DNA of 50,965 bases from Ginglymostoma cirratum (GCA_024137785.1 JAHRHZ010000032.1:13453768-13504732); one strand, 5' to 3'. Shown: positions 1-13,340, numbered from the stretch's first letter. Notes: a model not told the origin generated them from the letters alone. A program made the numbers and translations.

Positions 1-113
1 AGGCCCGAAACGTCAAGTTTTCCTGCTCCTATGATGCTGCTTGACCTGCTGTGTTCATCCAGCCCCATGCTTGTTATCTCGGATTCTCCAGCATCTGCAG
101 TACCTTTTATCTC
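1..113 (+). mobile_element. PLE 3' terminus with tail (element starts before the window)
   Basis: GGCCCGAAACGTCAAG...GCAGTACCTTTTATCTC, near-identical to 17012-17125. Confidence 0.9.
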
Positions 114-1648
114 AGAGATGGTCTTATCTTTGATTCATACTATGGGAGTAGTGAGACTACATGAAGTAAAAACATAAGGATTTGATTTTAAGTACGAGTT
201 TAGCATCAAGGAAGAGACAATGTATGGTGCATAAGAAACATTCTGCATCCAATCTACCCCCAATACATTTCTGGACAGTGTTGTTTCCTTGAGATCAAAT
301 ATATTCAAATGTGCATCATCAAACCATCTGATTACCAGTATTACATGTTACCACAGCCAGGTGGAAATTCAACTTCACAGAATATTAATGAGCTGCAACA
401 TTAGCTGCAAAGGCAGACTTAAATATTTGAGTTGTATGGCATTTTCATTCACATAACAGGTTATATGCTTGCATATTTGCTTTTCTTATTGGAAAAATAT
501 ATTATTCCATTGGTACACTTGGCATGTAACCCTTGACAAGTATTATCTTTGTTCGTGTCTGTTTTTCATCCAATGTATATTACATGTAATGATCTATTCC
601 AGTGTTTAATTAACTCGCCTCCAGAAGTTTGCTGATGTGTGACTGTTTTATGACTTTATCTTGATGATTAGCACAACTATTATATCATGCTGCAATGATT
701 TTGCCAAGTCAGTTTGGATCATGTCACAGGACAGACAATAGTGCGACTCAAAGAGCCAAATATATGTTGCATAAATACAAGTTGCATTAAGCCAAACTTG
801 AAGAAAAAGTGAGGATGACATCAAATTATTGCAGCCAGCAATGAGTGCTCAATGGGCAGAGGTATGGCAAATAATCTTTGTGGATTTTCCCTTGACATCT
901 TCTCGTAAGGACAGAATTTCAAATATTGCAATTATGTCCTATTTAAAAGTTCCCTTTCCTTTCCTCATTACAGCTATCCTAAGTACTTAGGACAAAAAAT
1001 TGTTATGCACTTGTTTTTGAGGATGTGGTTTGCAATCACAAACAACCTGTGCTTGTTGCCATGGAAGGAGGCAGTATGGGAATCAACAGAATGATTTTAG
1101 CAAGTTGCACAGTGCACCCTGCTGACTGATTTCACGCACAATAAGGGGTCTGGTTTCAATTAGCTTGTTGCACTTTGAAACAATCTCTGCCTCTTAAATT
1201 CACAAGATTTGTAGCCTCTTACCTGTTCTTTTGACCATAGTATGGCTGTCCCTACATAAAATTCTGATTGTGGATATTTCAGGAATAGTAATGATGTTGA
1301 ATGTCAAGAGGAGATGATTTGATTGTGTTTTGTTGGAATTGGTTATTGGACGATACCTTGGTTGTGTTAATGTTACTTCAACCCATGACTGAATGCCATC
1401 AGATCTTGCTAGTTCTGTAGTCTGTTTGGCAGTGTGCCCTTCATATCTGGCAGTCTTAATCAGTAGTAGTGGTGCTACCAAATTACTTGTTCATAATGGC
1501 CACTGAAGTTCCTCACCCAGAATATGTTCTCAGTGCTATTTTCAAATGGTGTCCAACGTGGAGGAATGCTGATTCATCAGCTTGAAGAGTTGAGAGCAAG
1601 GTTGGGAGTTGGACTTAGTAAAATGCTTCCTTGCCTATATTTGATGTT

Positions 1649-1817
1649 GTCAAAAGTCACACAACACCATGTTATAGCCCAACAGGTTTCTTCCGGGGAT
1701 GAAGGGGCAGTGCTTCAACAGCTTGCCATTTCAAATAAACCTGTTGGACCGTGACTTGGTGTCGTGTGACTTCTGACCTGGTTCACCCAAGTCTAACACT
1801 GGGACCGCCACATCATT
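1649..1817. mobile_element. Fold-back mini-element, family C (older, internally deleted)
   Basis: Homologous to 9200-9415 in opposite orientation; 13-bp TSD TATTTGA(T/C)GTTGT at 1638-1650 and 1818-1830. Confidence 0.78.
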
Positions 1818-2075
1818 TATTTGACGTTGTGTTGGCACATTAGGGAAGGGAGAAGCACCAAAAAGACAAGCACTAAGAAGTTGGATAGGGTGAATAGTTG
1901 ATTTCTATTTAATTGTGAGTGGTGTGGATAAAGATGTTAGTAAGAAGGATTTGTTTGTTGCTCTTTTTTGTTGAATGGTGACAATGGGGATTCTGTGAAG
2001 TGAAATCTTAATTAGATGTGGCAGTGGTGAATCGCAGGCCTGTAGTGGTCAAAGAAAGCAACTTCATTAAAAACA

Positions 2076-2298
2076 GAGATAACACGGTGTAGAGCTGGAT
2101 GAACACAGCAGGCCAAGCAGCATCAAAGGAGCAGGAGAGCTGACGTTTCGGGTCGAGACCCTTCTTCAGAAAATGTCCTGACCTAGTCTGCTTAATGTCA
2201 GCTTTCCTGCTCCTCTGATGCTGCTTGGCCTGCTGTGTTCATCCAGCTCTACGCCGTGTTATCTCAGATTCTCTGGTATCGGCAGTTTCTACTATCTC
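2076..2298. mobile_element. Fold-back PLE-derived mini-element, family A
   Basis: Two outward-facing copies of the PLE 3' end; 15-bp TSD TCATTAAAAACAGAG at 2064-2078 and 2297-2311. Confidence 0.88.
2141..2169 (-). ncRNA. Minimal hammerhead motif in a fold-back mini-element
   Basis: CUGAAGA-A-GGGUC-UC-GACCC-GAAA-CGUC with a perfect 5-bp stem II. Confidence 0.75.
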
Positions 2299-3334
2299 AT
2301 TAAAAACAGAGTCTGGATTTGCATTCTTTCTCACCCCATCCAGAGAGACAGGGTGCACTCTGCCTCCATTTTTTTCTCCTCTTCCTCATCATTCTTTTCC
2401 TCCTCTTATTCTACCTCGTACTACTCCCAAAGGTCTCTAGACAGAGGCAAACATGGAGCATGCAGCAGGTTACTATGAGATTTGAAACCCACTCTGAAAT
2501 GAATTGTAAAGTTGTAAAAAGCAGTCAAGGAAGTAGAGGTCTGGCTTGAGCAGCCGGAGTCTCTGCTAAAACTTTGCATGACTCCTGCTCATCAATAATA
2601 ATATTTCAGCTTGGCTTGATAAACTCTCTTTTGGTTTTCTGCTCCTCCCAAGGTTTCTTGATAACCTTGTATGAACAATATGGGTTAGTGAAACTTCAAA
2701 AACATGTCCAACATCATCAATCCTTTTGGAATCCCATTTGGAGCAAGGAAAATCAATTGTTAAACGTGCCTATACCCAGCAATGTAGAATAATTGGCAGT
2801 CATCTATATTGTTTATCTTTGCAAATTTATTCCAGTAAATCTCAACACCAAGCAAAATTAGGAGGCGCAAGAATTATTTTTTGCATGAGATTGATAATTT
2901 TAAAAACTTAATTGAAGGCATTGAAAAGAAAATGCAACTTATTAGATGAATGTAATCATGTTATTGTAAAATGTTCAGATTTGAAATGTCAGTCACCAAG
3001 ATAAGCACAGCAAATGAAATGCTTTATCAGAGAACAGTCTGGCAATTCTTGAACGCAAGTGTTGCTTCACGGCATGGCAGTTGCTACAGTTAGTGTTGGT
3101 TTCACAGTTCATTAGAGTGCCACCAAGTGGTGTCTCAGGGCAGTATTGATATTTAACATTGAACTTCCCACTTAGTGTGATGCAATCATTAATCACAGAT
3201 TGGGGTCTAACAGGTATTTGTGGTTGGTAATTTTCATAGTTAACTGTTAGCATTTTCATATAGGAAAGCCTAAAAAAAAGTAACATTTCAAATGGGGTCC
3301 ACAACCTATGGAGATATTTTATTTTCTTCTTTCT

Positions 3335-3622
3335 AGAATCAGAGAATCCCTATAGTGTGGTAGTAGGCCATTTGGCCCATCAAGTCCATACTGACCCTCT
3401 GAAGAGCATCCTACCCAGACTCACTCCCCTACCCTACCGCTGTAACCTTGTAATTCCCAAGGCTAATCCACCTAGCCTGGACTGTGGCAGGAAAGCAGAG
3501 CATCCAGATGAAACCCATGCAGACACAAGGAGAGCATGTAAACACCACCCAAACAATCACCCAAGGGTGGAATCAAACCTGGGTCTGTGAAGCAGCAGTG
3601 CTAACCTCTGAACCACCATGCC
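3335..3622 (-). mobile_element. HE1-type SINE
   Basis: Reverse-complement homology to 28653-28988. Confidence 0.85.
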
Positions 3623-3689
3623 TTGAAGGTATTTTAATGTTTTATAGGTGGAGAGAGAAACCAAAGTGGTGTTAATTGGTTTTATTCTC

Positions 3690-4270
3690 TGGCAAAGCCA
3701 TCATTTATTGCTCATTCCATACTTGCCCCATGAGAAGGCACTGGTAGGTGAATGTTGAAGGTGCTAATTGTGCCAGTTAAGTGCATTGCTTTATCCTGGA
3801 TGGTGTTAAGCTTCTTGTGTATTGTTGGAGCTGCAGTCATTCAGGAAAGTGGAGAGTATTCAATTACACTTCTGACTTTTGCCTTGAATAAAATAAAGAT
3901 GGTGGATGATGTAGATGATGAACACGTTAAGGGAGGTCAGAATTCCTAGTCCCTGACCTGGTCTTACAGCTTCAGTATTTATTTTTCTCATTTAGTTTCT
4001 CGTCAATGGTAAACACCAGATTGTCAATAGTGGGGTATTCAGCAGTAATAAAATCATTGAATGTTGATGGGTGATTCCTAGATCTTCTTTTGAGATAGTT
4101 CATGCTTTGCACTTGAGTGGTGTGAATGTTGCCTACAACTAATAATCCAAAATCTGGGTGGTATCCACATCATGCTGCTTATAGAGGTAAATGACTTCAG
4201 CATCTGAGAAGTGCAAATAATACTAAACATTGTGCAATCACCATTGAACATCTTAACTCAATGAGGGAAG
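3690..4270 (-). mobile_element. Degenerate CR1/L2-like LINE fragment
   Basis: Same tail family plus RT-region remnants; a related piece lies at ~1250-1640. Confidence 0.55.
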
Positions 4271-4394
4271 GTGCGGTATGACTTTGATTGACACTACTGG
4301 CACCTCATGATATCTGCCACCTCTGTCAGTCGGTGTTTCAGAGTAAGGGTTGTTTCAGGTAGTTCATTGTCATCAATCGTTCTTATCAATAAGT

Positions 4395-4650
4395 AAAAAT
4401 AGAAACTGCTGCAGAAACTCAGTAGACTTAGCAGCATCTGTGGTGAGAGAAAACACAGTTAACATTTTGAGAATGATATGACTCTTCTTCAGAACAGGAA
4501 GAGGTTAGGAAATTGTATTTTTTTGCTATTGACAGGGTTGGAGGTGGAGCAAATGGAATGGATGGTGCGGGTATGCAGAACAGCAAACAAAGGGATTGCT
4601 ATTGGTGGGAAAAGAAAAAAAAGCATTATAAATATTGAGAGGCTGAAAAT
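4395..4650 (-). mobile_element. Degenerate family B PLE terminal fragment
   Basis: AACTCAGTAGACTTAGCAGCATCTGTGG...CTCTTCTTCAGAAC, similar to the family B arm. Confidence 0.55.
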
Positions 4651-4829
4651 GGTGGCGTACAAAATAATTTTGCTAACTTTATTCAGGTGTGACAGGACTT
4701 TGACATGCTTGTACAGAAGGCAATTAGGAAAGCACTTTTAACACCATTTACCAATTTCATTGCCAATATTTTCTTTAGCTATGAAAGGATATACTTTCAT
4801 AAGAGCGAGTGCAATGAAACTTCGCTAAA

Positions 4830-5185
4830 CTGAGTTCTGGTATAAGGGGATTACTCTCTGAGGAGAACCAATTAGTCTACACCTATATTCTCTTGCGTTT
4901 AGGAGAATGAAAGCTATGTAACTACAATAATTTAAATTCTTAAGAGCCTGGGCAATGTAGATGCTGGGCCAATGCTTCTCTTGGCTGTGGAGTTTAGAAG
5001 TAAGTATCACAGTCTGAGAATAAGGGGTTGGTTACTTAGGACTGCGAGTAAGGAAATTATATTATTGAGTATCTCGAGATAATATGGGTTAGTTAGTTGA
5101 GACAAAAGATAAACTGTGGTATTATTGAATAATGCAGCAGGCTTGAGGACTAAATAACCTGCTCCTAATCTATTTCTTACCTTTT
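4830..5185 (+). mobile_element. Degenerate CR1 3' end
   Basis: Remnants of LYSLAFRRM and the tail GCAGCAGGCTTGAGGACTAAATAACCTGCTCC. Confidence 0.55.
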
Positions 5186-6989
5186 TTCTGCTTCTACAGA
5201 AACACACAATATAGAAGAATGTCATACTGCCTGTGCTCGTGATTTAGTTGAGCTATCCAATTAGTTCCACATCTTAGCCTTTCTCCCATAGGCTTTCAAG
5301 AATTTATTTGAAAATTAATATTAATCTACTCTTCCCCTCATGCCACCTCTGTTTTTTGGCTCATTATCTTAAACTGTGTCTTTCTATTACTAGAAATGTT
5401 TTCTCCTACACTATTTGATGAAATTTCTGTAAGGTCCAACCAATCTAATGATGTCACACAATCTTGGGTGGTGAAAAGAGGAGTCTAGATTGAGATCCTG
5501 ATGGAGACAGATGTGTCATTGTTGTTTCCTGGCTAATCTTAGTTACTATACTAAACTATCCAATGTTGATTGTATCTATTGCTAGTGTGCTATTGCTATT
5601 GTGAAGGCAGGTGGTGCTCTAGTTAAAACTGATCAGTGGTTGAGCCTGTATTACTGTCAGCCAAATGGTCGCTTGGACTAAATATAGAAAAGAGGATTCG
5701 CAGCAGTACAGTGCACATAGCATGGGGATCTGGGTGAGATTGTTTCTTAAATATCACAAGTTAACAATGGTGAATAAAGTCCATTGCATCTAAGAGAAAA
5801 TAAATTTTAGAAGTTAAATGAGGTTACTGCTTTAAATACTTTGCCTCTTAAAGAATACTCATTAGACAGCACCTGCAAGTGCTTGTGCAAACAAGTAATT
5901 AGTGGAGTTGTGTAAGAAACAAGGCACTTCAGGCTAGAACCATCATTCAAACAAAATATGGGGCACAGAAGAACCAGGGTGAGATTTGGTATTTGACAGC
6001 CAATTTTGGACCTTTGTGAAGGAAGTTTAAAATCCCTGTTGGCAAGTAGATAATGGTTAAATTAATGATGCTAAAGACCAAGTCATGAAAATTAAAAATT
6101 AAAGAAGGAGTACTTATTGTTCGCAGTAGGTGCAGTGACCATGAAGCAGAGCTACTGTAGCAAAGTCAGGAGCCATAGAATTAAGTTACACTGGACTGCA
6201 GTATCAAGAATGTCATTGGGCTCATTTAATGTGATAAAAGGGCAATTTAAAAGCTAGAAGGGAGAGAGTCTAACAGAAGAAGATAGTTTGAAGTCTTTTA
6301 AATCAATAAGAATGGAAGATTAAAGCACAATTTTGCCAAGAAATGTTTTTAAGGCTGCAACCATAAAGCTTTTTTGGAAAGTAATGGAAGGGGATATGCA
6401 ATGTACTTCAGGCTGTGAAAGTTGGGAAAGTGTCCACTTGGTCAATGATAAAGTGGAAAACCTTTAACTTAGCTGCAGAAAGTGTGGAAAACTGTCACTT
6501 AACCTGCAGATGGCAGGAAACCACTACTTTGTGTGTAAAGATGTGGGAAATCCATTAGTAAGCCACACAGAGGTACTATATTGTTATTAAACAAAATTTA
6601 AAGCTTTATTAGAAAAAAAGATACAGAATTGCTACAATATATGATTTATAGCTTTAAAATAAGGAAATAATAAAGCCTTGTTTTAAAGCCTTGTAAGGTA
6701 AAGAAGATAAAACAGCATTGTATAATGTAGACTATAAAATCTATTTAGCAGAGACAGAAATGCAGCAGTGTTTAGATAAAACAGAAATTAAGACATCATG
6801 AAAGGATGAATCATAAATAATTACACCAAGAAGACAAGGCTGGAGATATAATAAAATTGCAGAGATTTAATTTCAGAGATGCGCCAAAGAAAACTCAATT
6901 CTGGATATCTTAGAGAAAACAATACTTACAGCACAGAATGTTTTTCAGCTTTAAATACTAAATCTGTAGTTGATTAAGTAAATACACTA

Positions 6990-7238
6990 AATGATAAAAA
7001 AAGACCCGTGGATGTTAGAAACCAGAAACAAAAACAGAAATTGCTGGGAAAAACTCAGCCAGTCTGGCAGCATCTGTGGCGAGAAGGCAGAGTCAACGTT
7101 TCAATTCCAGTGACCTTTGTTCAGAATGGAAGAATGGGTTCTGAAGAAGGATTACTGGATCCAAAATATTGATTCTGCTTTCTCTGCACAGATGCTGCCA
7201 GCCCTGCTGGGTTTTTCCAGCAATTTCTGTTTTTAAGC
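6990..7238. mobile_element. Fold-back mini-element, family B, inserted in Gypsy gag
   Basis: Inverted arms (AAAAACAGAAATTGCTGG...CCAGCAATTTCTGTTTTT) with decayed hammerhead cores; 14-bp TSD AAGTAAATACACTA at 6976-6989 and 7239-7252. Confidence 0.82.
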
Positions 7239-8570
7239 AAGTAAATACACTACTGTTTTCAATAGGACCTACAGCTGACAACATTCTCAATTTTCAAAAT
7301 ATAAAAGAAGGCACAGACACTTTTGAGTTGCTCTTCAACATTTTGACAATTAATTTAATCTGAATATAAACAAAAATCTTGAAATAACAAGAGTTAGTAA
7401 AGAAGTTCACTATCCAAAGGAATCAATAGAAAATTTCATTAATTATCTCCACAGATCAGTGGAAAACTTTGACTGTAAAGCTTTGAAATCAGATTTTGTA
7501 TGAAACCAAATAATTTTTGAATCATTGATAAGTTTTTGATACATCTAATAAGGTCCAAAGAAAATCTGACTTTGGGAAAGGCTATTCAAAATGTGGTGGA
7601 AGGAACCCTGCAAGAAAACAGAAACCATCCATATAGTATAAACATTCTCTAGGTACACATGACAAGGCATCATAAACAGTTAGTGCTGTAAATAATGTCT
7701 CACAGTTGCAAGTTGTACCAAGTTATGACATACGTATGCTACATCTGTAAAACTATAGGTCACTTCCAGAGGATGTGCAGAAGAAGGACCCAGTTTCAAA
7801 GCAGCAAAAAGCCCAAATTCTTACTCATTTTAATGCTACAGAAACATCAGCAGTAGGAAAAAGCATTCATAGAGTAAATTAGTAATTCAACTGACTGAAC
7901 TTTGACAGAACCTATTTGTGTTCATTGCCATCTCATTTTTTTTATCTTACTACAGGGGTCAGTCTCACTGTCTCATCAGTTGTCTCAAAGGTATTATCCA
8001 TTCCATAATGGATAGGAATACCTGATTGTATTTGCATTGCTGACCATATCATTGTTATGGGTGAGTTAAAGGCAGAGCATGAACACAATTTTCAGCTGCT
8101 GGTGACAGCAATTCAATTCAATTCAAAGGACTAACATTTAACAGAGTCAAATCAACATCAACCTGATAAACCTCTTTGGGTCTATTTATTTTGTCCAGAG
8201 AATCCATTCTATTCCAGTTAAGATTAAGGATAATTAATAAATGCTGACCCCACAGGATGAAGAGCATCTGCAATGTTGCCTTGAATCTTTTAAATTTCCT
8301 ATAGCTATACAATCAGCACCTTGCAGAAAAGGTTTTATCTGCTGAGGGATTAGCTCAAGAAAGACATCTCCTATATGTGGAAATACAACTACCAATATGT
8401 CTTTGCTTCTCTCAAGTAGGTTCTTTCAGCAAAATCTTTCTTATTGTAATACAATTACCCTAGAAAAGACATGATTCTCAAATCCAACGCATTGCAAAAA
8501 GTTTGCAAGACAAAAGACCTATTGCCTTGATTCTAAACCCTGCCATTTGCACAAGTATACATGTCTAGGA

Positions 8571-8885
8571 AGGTGGTATTATTGCCAAATAGGTAATTCA
8601 GAGACCCAGGTATTGTTCTGGGGACCTGAGTCAAAATCCCACCATGGCAGATGGTGGAATTTAAATTCAATAAAAATCTGCAATTAAGCATGTTAAGAGA
8701 ATAACCATGAAACTGTTGTTAATTGTCTAATGTCCTTTAGGGAAGAAAACTGCCATCCTTAGCTGGTCTGGTCTACATGTTACTCCAAACCCACAGCAAT
8801 ATTGCTGACTGTTAACAATTAGGGATGGGCAATAAATACTGGCATTGCCAGCAAAGTTCACATCCCATGAAGGAATTAAAATAAA
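8571..8885 (+). mobile_element. tRNA-derived SINE with LINE-type tail, inserted in Gypsy
   Basis: Tail AGGGATGGGCAATAAATACTGGC...CACATCCCATGAA, shared with 27905-29095, 42280-42455 and the LINE end at 27150-27490. Confidence 0.7.
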
Positions 8886-9199
8886 ACCAACTATTCCAAC
8901 ATTGAGGGTGAGACATCAAACCTGGAATTAGGCATCATGCAATTTCACATATACTTATTTTGCAGGAAATTTACCAATGAACCGGATCATAAGCCATCAG
9001 AAACAATATGTCACAAACTGCAAATAAGTGCAGGGCCATTTTTGCAGCGTTTACTTGTCAAGGGGTAAGGATATGACTTTGAAGTGAGATATAAGCCAGG
9101 TGCCAGAATGATTACGTAAACACTCACTGAGCAAATTACCCAATCGATAAAAGACCATGCTATTCCTTTTCACCTATATGGTGATGCTACAGATTATGA

Positions 9200-9415
9200 A
9201 GTGGAGGTGCCAGTGTTGGACTGGGGTGGACAAGGTCAGAAATCACATGACACTGGGTTATAGTCCAACAGGTTTATTTGAAAATATAAGCTTTTGGAGC
9301 CTCACTCCTTCTTCAGGTGTTGAATAGTCAACACCTGAAGAAGGAGTGAGGCTCTGAAAGCTTGTATTTTCAAATAAACCTGTTGGACTATAACCTGTGT
9401 TGTGTGACTTCTGAC
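9200..9415. mobile_element. Fold-back mini-element, family C
   Basis: Near-perfect palindrome 9235-9323 / 9328-9415 with a 4-nt loop (ATAG), plus a ~35-nt unpaired tail on the left. Confidence 0.85.
9335..9364 (+). ncRNA. Hammerhead motif, family C (mirror copy at 9288-9316 on minus)
   Basis: CUGAAGA-A-GGAG-UGAGG-CUCU-GAAA-GCUU. The mirror copy has CUCC-AAAA, implying an ancestral CUCCGAAAGCUU. Confidence 0.68.
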
Positions 9416-10416
9416 ATAGACATTTAAGGTGAAGATCTTCTCAAGGTGATTAGATTTTGGGCACAGCCAGAGTGAACAGTTGAAATTAGAAACTGCCAGA
9501 GATGATCAACTATAAGACTTACATGAGAACATTATTTATGCCATGGCCTGACAGTACTAAATAAGCGTATGAGGCAATTCCTTCATTTTGGTCATAGAAG
9601 GACAAACTTGGTATATTGTGTCAGTTCATCTTCAAGAGCAAACAAGGTCGAATATCAAAAGCATTCTGCCAAGATATGACATCCATGTTATACCAGGAAC
9701 ACATGGTTATAGTACACACAAGTCAGCTAGCACACGAATCTGTGCACTGGCCAGGGATAATTCAAGGTATTCAATGACTTGCATGTGACTAATGCCAAAT
9801 ACATCAAACCTAGCATTGAAGGGAATCTCTTTATCCACATGAAGTTCCTTCCATTCCTTGGACAAAAGTAGCAACAGAACTATTCAGACTATATGGGGAA
9901 TCTTACATCTTTGTGATGGATTACTTCTCTCAATTTCCCATGGTTCAACAACATAACAGTGCAATAAGCATTACCATTGCTGATACACTGAATATTATTT
10001 TCAGTTTATTTAGTATTGCAGATCAAATACAGTCTAACAAAGGACCACAGCACATTGGCAAACCATTTCAAGATGTACACTAAGTAGGGAGTAATCCATA
10101 TTATACCATCACCTATCTACTGATGCTCATATGGTCTAGCAGAACATACAATTCATACTATTAAATCAATGATCATTACTGCACCATCTGCAAAGCAAGA
10201 TTTTCACATTGCATTACTGCATGTTGTGCCACACCAATGGAGAAGGGATTACCATCTAGAGCATAATTTATACTCAGAAGGCAAGTATAAACCCCACTTT
10301 GCATAGCAAATAAGACATTCTTCTTGAAAGACAAATGAGAATTAAGCAGATGGAGGAGCTAGGAGCAAGTAGATAACTACCACAAATGTGCACTGAACAG
10401 ATGGTGTGAATTAGAA

Positions 10417-10643
10417 CAAAGTTGCTGGAAAAGCTCAACAGGTCTGGCAGCGTCTGTGAAGGGAAAAACAGAGTTAATGTTTCGGGTCTGGTGACCCTTC
10501 CTCAGAACTAGTCCGGGTCACCGGACCTGAAATTTTAACTCTGCTTTCTCCTTCACAGATGCTGCCAGACCTGATGAGCTTTTCCAGCAACTTTGTTTTT
10601 GTTCCTGATTTACAGCATCCGCAGTTCTTTCAGGTTTTATTTA
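10417..10643. mobile_element. Fold-back mini-element, family B
   Basis: Inverted arms; 13-bp TSD GTGTGAATTAGAA at 10404-10416 and 10644-10656. Confidence 0.85.
10474..10505 (-). ncRNA. Hammerhead motif, family B
   Basis: CUGAGGA-A-GGGUC-ACCA-GACCC-GAAA-CAUU-AAC. Confidence 0.68.
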
Positions 10644-11221
10644 GTGTGAATTAGAAAGATAAATACGAATATTTGGATATGTGCAAAGGTTTCAAGAATA
10701 ATGTAGCTACACTGTGAAGGAACAGAAGCTAGCTCAGAGCAATGTAAAGCCCACCAATCAGACATAAAGGGAGTGAGGAAGAATAGTCCAAGAATGATGA
10801 TTTTGTGATGATGTTGAGTGATAGCAACCAGCAGCAAGACAACCAAATTGTCAAACAAGTGCAAAAGACAACAGTGCGTATCTCTTTAGGCAGGTATACG
10901 ATCAACAGAGTAAGATAAATTGTTAAAAATTCAAAGGCTTACATTGAAGTTTAAAATGTTAGCCTTGTAAACTGTTTTTACCTGTTTGTACAATTATTAA
11001 AATGGTACAGATACAATCATGTATGTCTGTTTGGGATTTATTTTTATCTAAGGAACAAGTGAGATGTGTCATGTCTCACAGCCAGTCTGTTAGTATACTT
11101 TTAAGAGACATGCTCATGATATCAGCACCACATCATAGTATGGGAGCCAACAGTAAAAGAGCTCAGACTCTATCTTACCTCAGATCACTCTCATGCAACT
11201 ATGTTTCTCTCTTATAACATT

Positions 11222-11423
11222 CTTACCAGACCATAGTGCTGCTCTCTCATTAGAGAGGGGCAGATGGGAAGACAACTTGTGGTGGCTTAACCTGAGGGTC
11301 ACCACACCTCAGGTAGGGCAGAGGTTGAGAAGGAGAGTCCTTCATGGTAATCTCAGCCCATTCAGGAATTGAACATATGCTGCTGGCAAACCAGCCATCC
11401 AACCAACTGAGCTAAATGAAACC
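11222..11423 (-). mobile_element. tRNA-derived SINE (second copy 46653-46835, plus)
   Basis: TTAGCTCAGTTGG head; CTCTCTAATGAGAGAGCAGC core shared by both copies. Confidence 0.7.
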
Positions 11424-12026
11424 CGCAATTCCACAATATCCACATCCAATTTCTTCTTATGGGAGATTGCATAACATTGCCGCCTCTGGTAAAACACGCC
11501 GTTGGAGGCAGACACAACCACTCAGCTACTTCTAAAGTTGATCTCAAATCTCCTATACTCTGAAGTGTACCTTTTTGTCCAACATCAGTTCATAGCCAGG
11601 TAAACCTGATTGTAAAGATGAATCTTAAACAGGAGTAACATACATTAACAATGCTTTGTATGAACTCTCCATTTTTGTTTTGGTAATCTTAAATTTTCTC
11701 CTCTAGTTACTAACAAATCTGGCTTGGCACTTTAATATTGGGCACAATTTTGAAACTTACAGAGGCCAAGTAATTAGGGAACAGCTGAAATACAGCCAGG
11801 AATTTCCTCAGAGTTGGTCTTGCTCTGCCATTGTAATTGCATTGGCACCTCTATTTATACACAACGTTAAAGGTCTAGTTATACACTTGCCTATTGGAAA
11901 ATTTGAAGGTGGGTGGTATGTAAAATTCACAGCATGGCTTTTCCATCACCGACCTGCTTGCCCTGACCTTTCTGAAACTTAATAGAGGATGGGATAGCTA
12001 TTGGGCAGCCATTTGCCATGGAGGAT

Positions 12027-12078
12027 TGGTGGTGGTGGTGGTGGTGGGAGGGGGGAGGGTGGGGAAGGGGTGGGGGGG
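12027..12078 (+). repeat. (GGT)n plus G-run tract with G-quadruplex potential
   Basis: TGGTGGTGG...GGGAGGGGGGAGGGTGGGGAAGGGGTGGGGGGG. Confidence 0.6.
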
Positions 12079-12719
12079 CACTCTGATTCACTGTATTTAG
12101 GTACATGTGACTACAATAAACCAAATTAAATATATTACCTGTGACGGGGATAGTCCACATGGGAAGCCTACAGCACTGCATGGGTTGGTATGAAACAAAG
12201 ATGGGAGAGAGCTGAACCTAGTTTGTGGGTCCCCAACAATAAGCCCATTAAAGGCAACATACACCCCCTCCCCTAACTCCAAACTTCATAACTCTCCCTT
12301 TGTCCACTCCCCTGATCTTTCAAACCCTGTTTCCATCTCCTTCACTGTGGCTGCCACCTGGCCTTGACATTAATCTGGGCTTATCTCTAAGCCTGGGCTC
12401 CTCTTTGTCAGGACTTGCTGTGTTCCCAGCAGTGAGCACCACTCCCACACTGCACTTCAGGGACTTCAGAGATGCTGGTCATCCAAATGCTGAGAGTTCT
12501 CTAAGGCAGGGCTACATCCCCAGACACAGACAGATATTTTCCAGTGTTAAATTGTTTGGGATGGCTGGCAGGGTTGTGAACAGGATCTCCCTCAACCTTT
12601 TAGCCAGGGGTCAGGGTCTTGACACCTAGTTAAATACAGCCCAGAGTTCCGGCACATATTGAGTGAAGTGTGAGCCATTCTCAGGAAATTTGCAGTGTCT
12701 GTAATTTCAAAGGCCAATG

Positions 12720-13340
12720 ATTTTGAAATTGGCCAGATAGAGGCTGCATGAAATTGAATAGGGCAAAATGTGAAGTGATACATTTTTAAAGGAGGAAGGT
12801 GAATTATAAATGTAGAAAATAACAATAAAAGAAAACAAATGCTAAAACATTAAGGCAACTAAATGAGTAGCTTTACAGATCTTTTAAAATGGAAGATCAA
12901 ATTGTCCATTTTATAATAAACTAAACATTTAGTATCTTAGGTTTTGTAAGTAAGAACACAGTACATAAACAAAGTGGTAACACTGTCTGAATCATTGGTT
13001 AAGGTTCAGCTTGAATATTGTCTCCAATTTCCATTTCCAAGAGGGTTCATTCAGATATTAAAGTGATACAAAGCTTGAGAAACTGGGCTCTTCTAATTAG
13101 TAGAAGAAAGATTAAGAGGGACTTGAGTGGGTGTTCAAAATTCTGAAGATTAGGACTTTTAATGGAGAATTGTTAGATAATCTACTACTATCAGGAACTA
13201 GGTGTACATTAGCTTTTAAGAGGAAAGGAAACTTTTTTTAAAGTACCAGGATATGGGAAGAGAGCAAGCAAGTGGGTCTGCTTTGAGTAGGTGAGCAGAT
13301 GCATGATGAGCTATTCCTTCAGTACAGTCAAGTTCTATAT
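12720..13340 (+). mobile_element. Degenerate CR1 fragment
   Basis: AAATGTGAAGTGATACATTTT (KCEVIHF) and CAGCTTGAATATTGTCTCCAATT (QLEYC.Q) motifs. Confidence 0.55.

Larger units (their letters stand above)
6850..11219 (+). mobile_element. Decayed Gypsy/Ty3 LTR retrotransposon (gag-pro-RT-RH-IN, probable 3' LTR 11065-11219)
   Basis: Ordered relic motifs: gag QVNTLLFSIG; CCHC knuckle CYICKTIGHFQRMC (7737-7778); protease-like FYLTTGVSLTV; RT CICIADHIIVMG; RNase H YLFCRKF..PDHKP; integrase PWTKVATELF..YIFVMDYFSQFP and SNKGPQ. A purine-rich tract is followed by TGT...AACA. Confidence 0.85.

Noticed and set aside
5452-6600. Possible 5' LTR/PBS (TGTCAC...TTAACA-ATGGTG) and degenerate Cys knuckles
   Set aside because: No visible similarity to the putative 3' LTR at 11065-11219; motifs too decayed.
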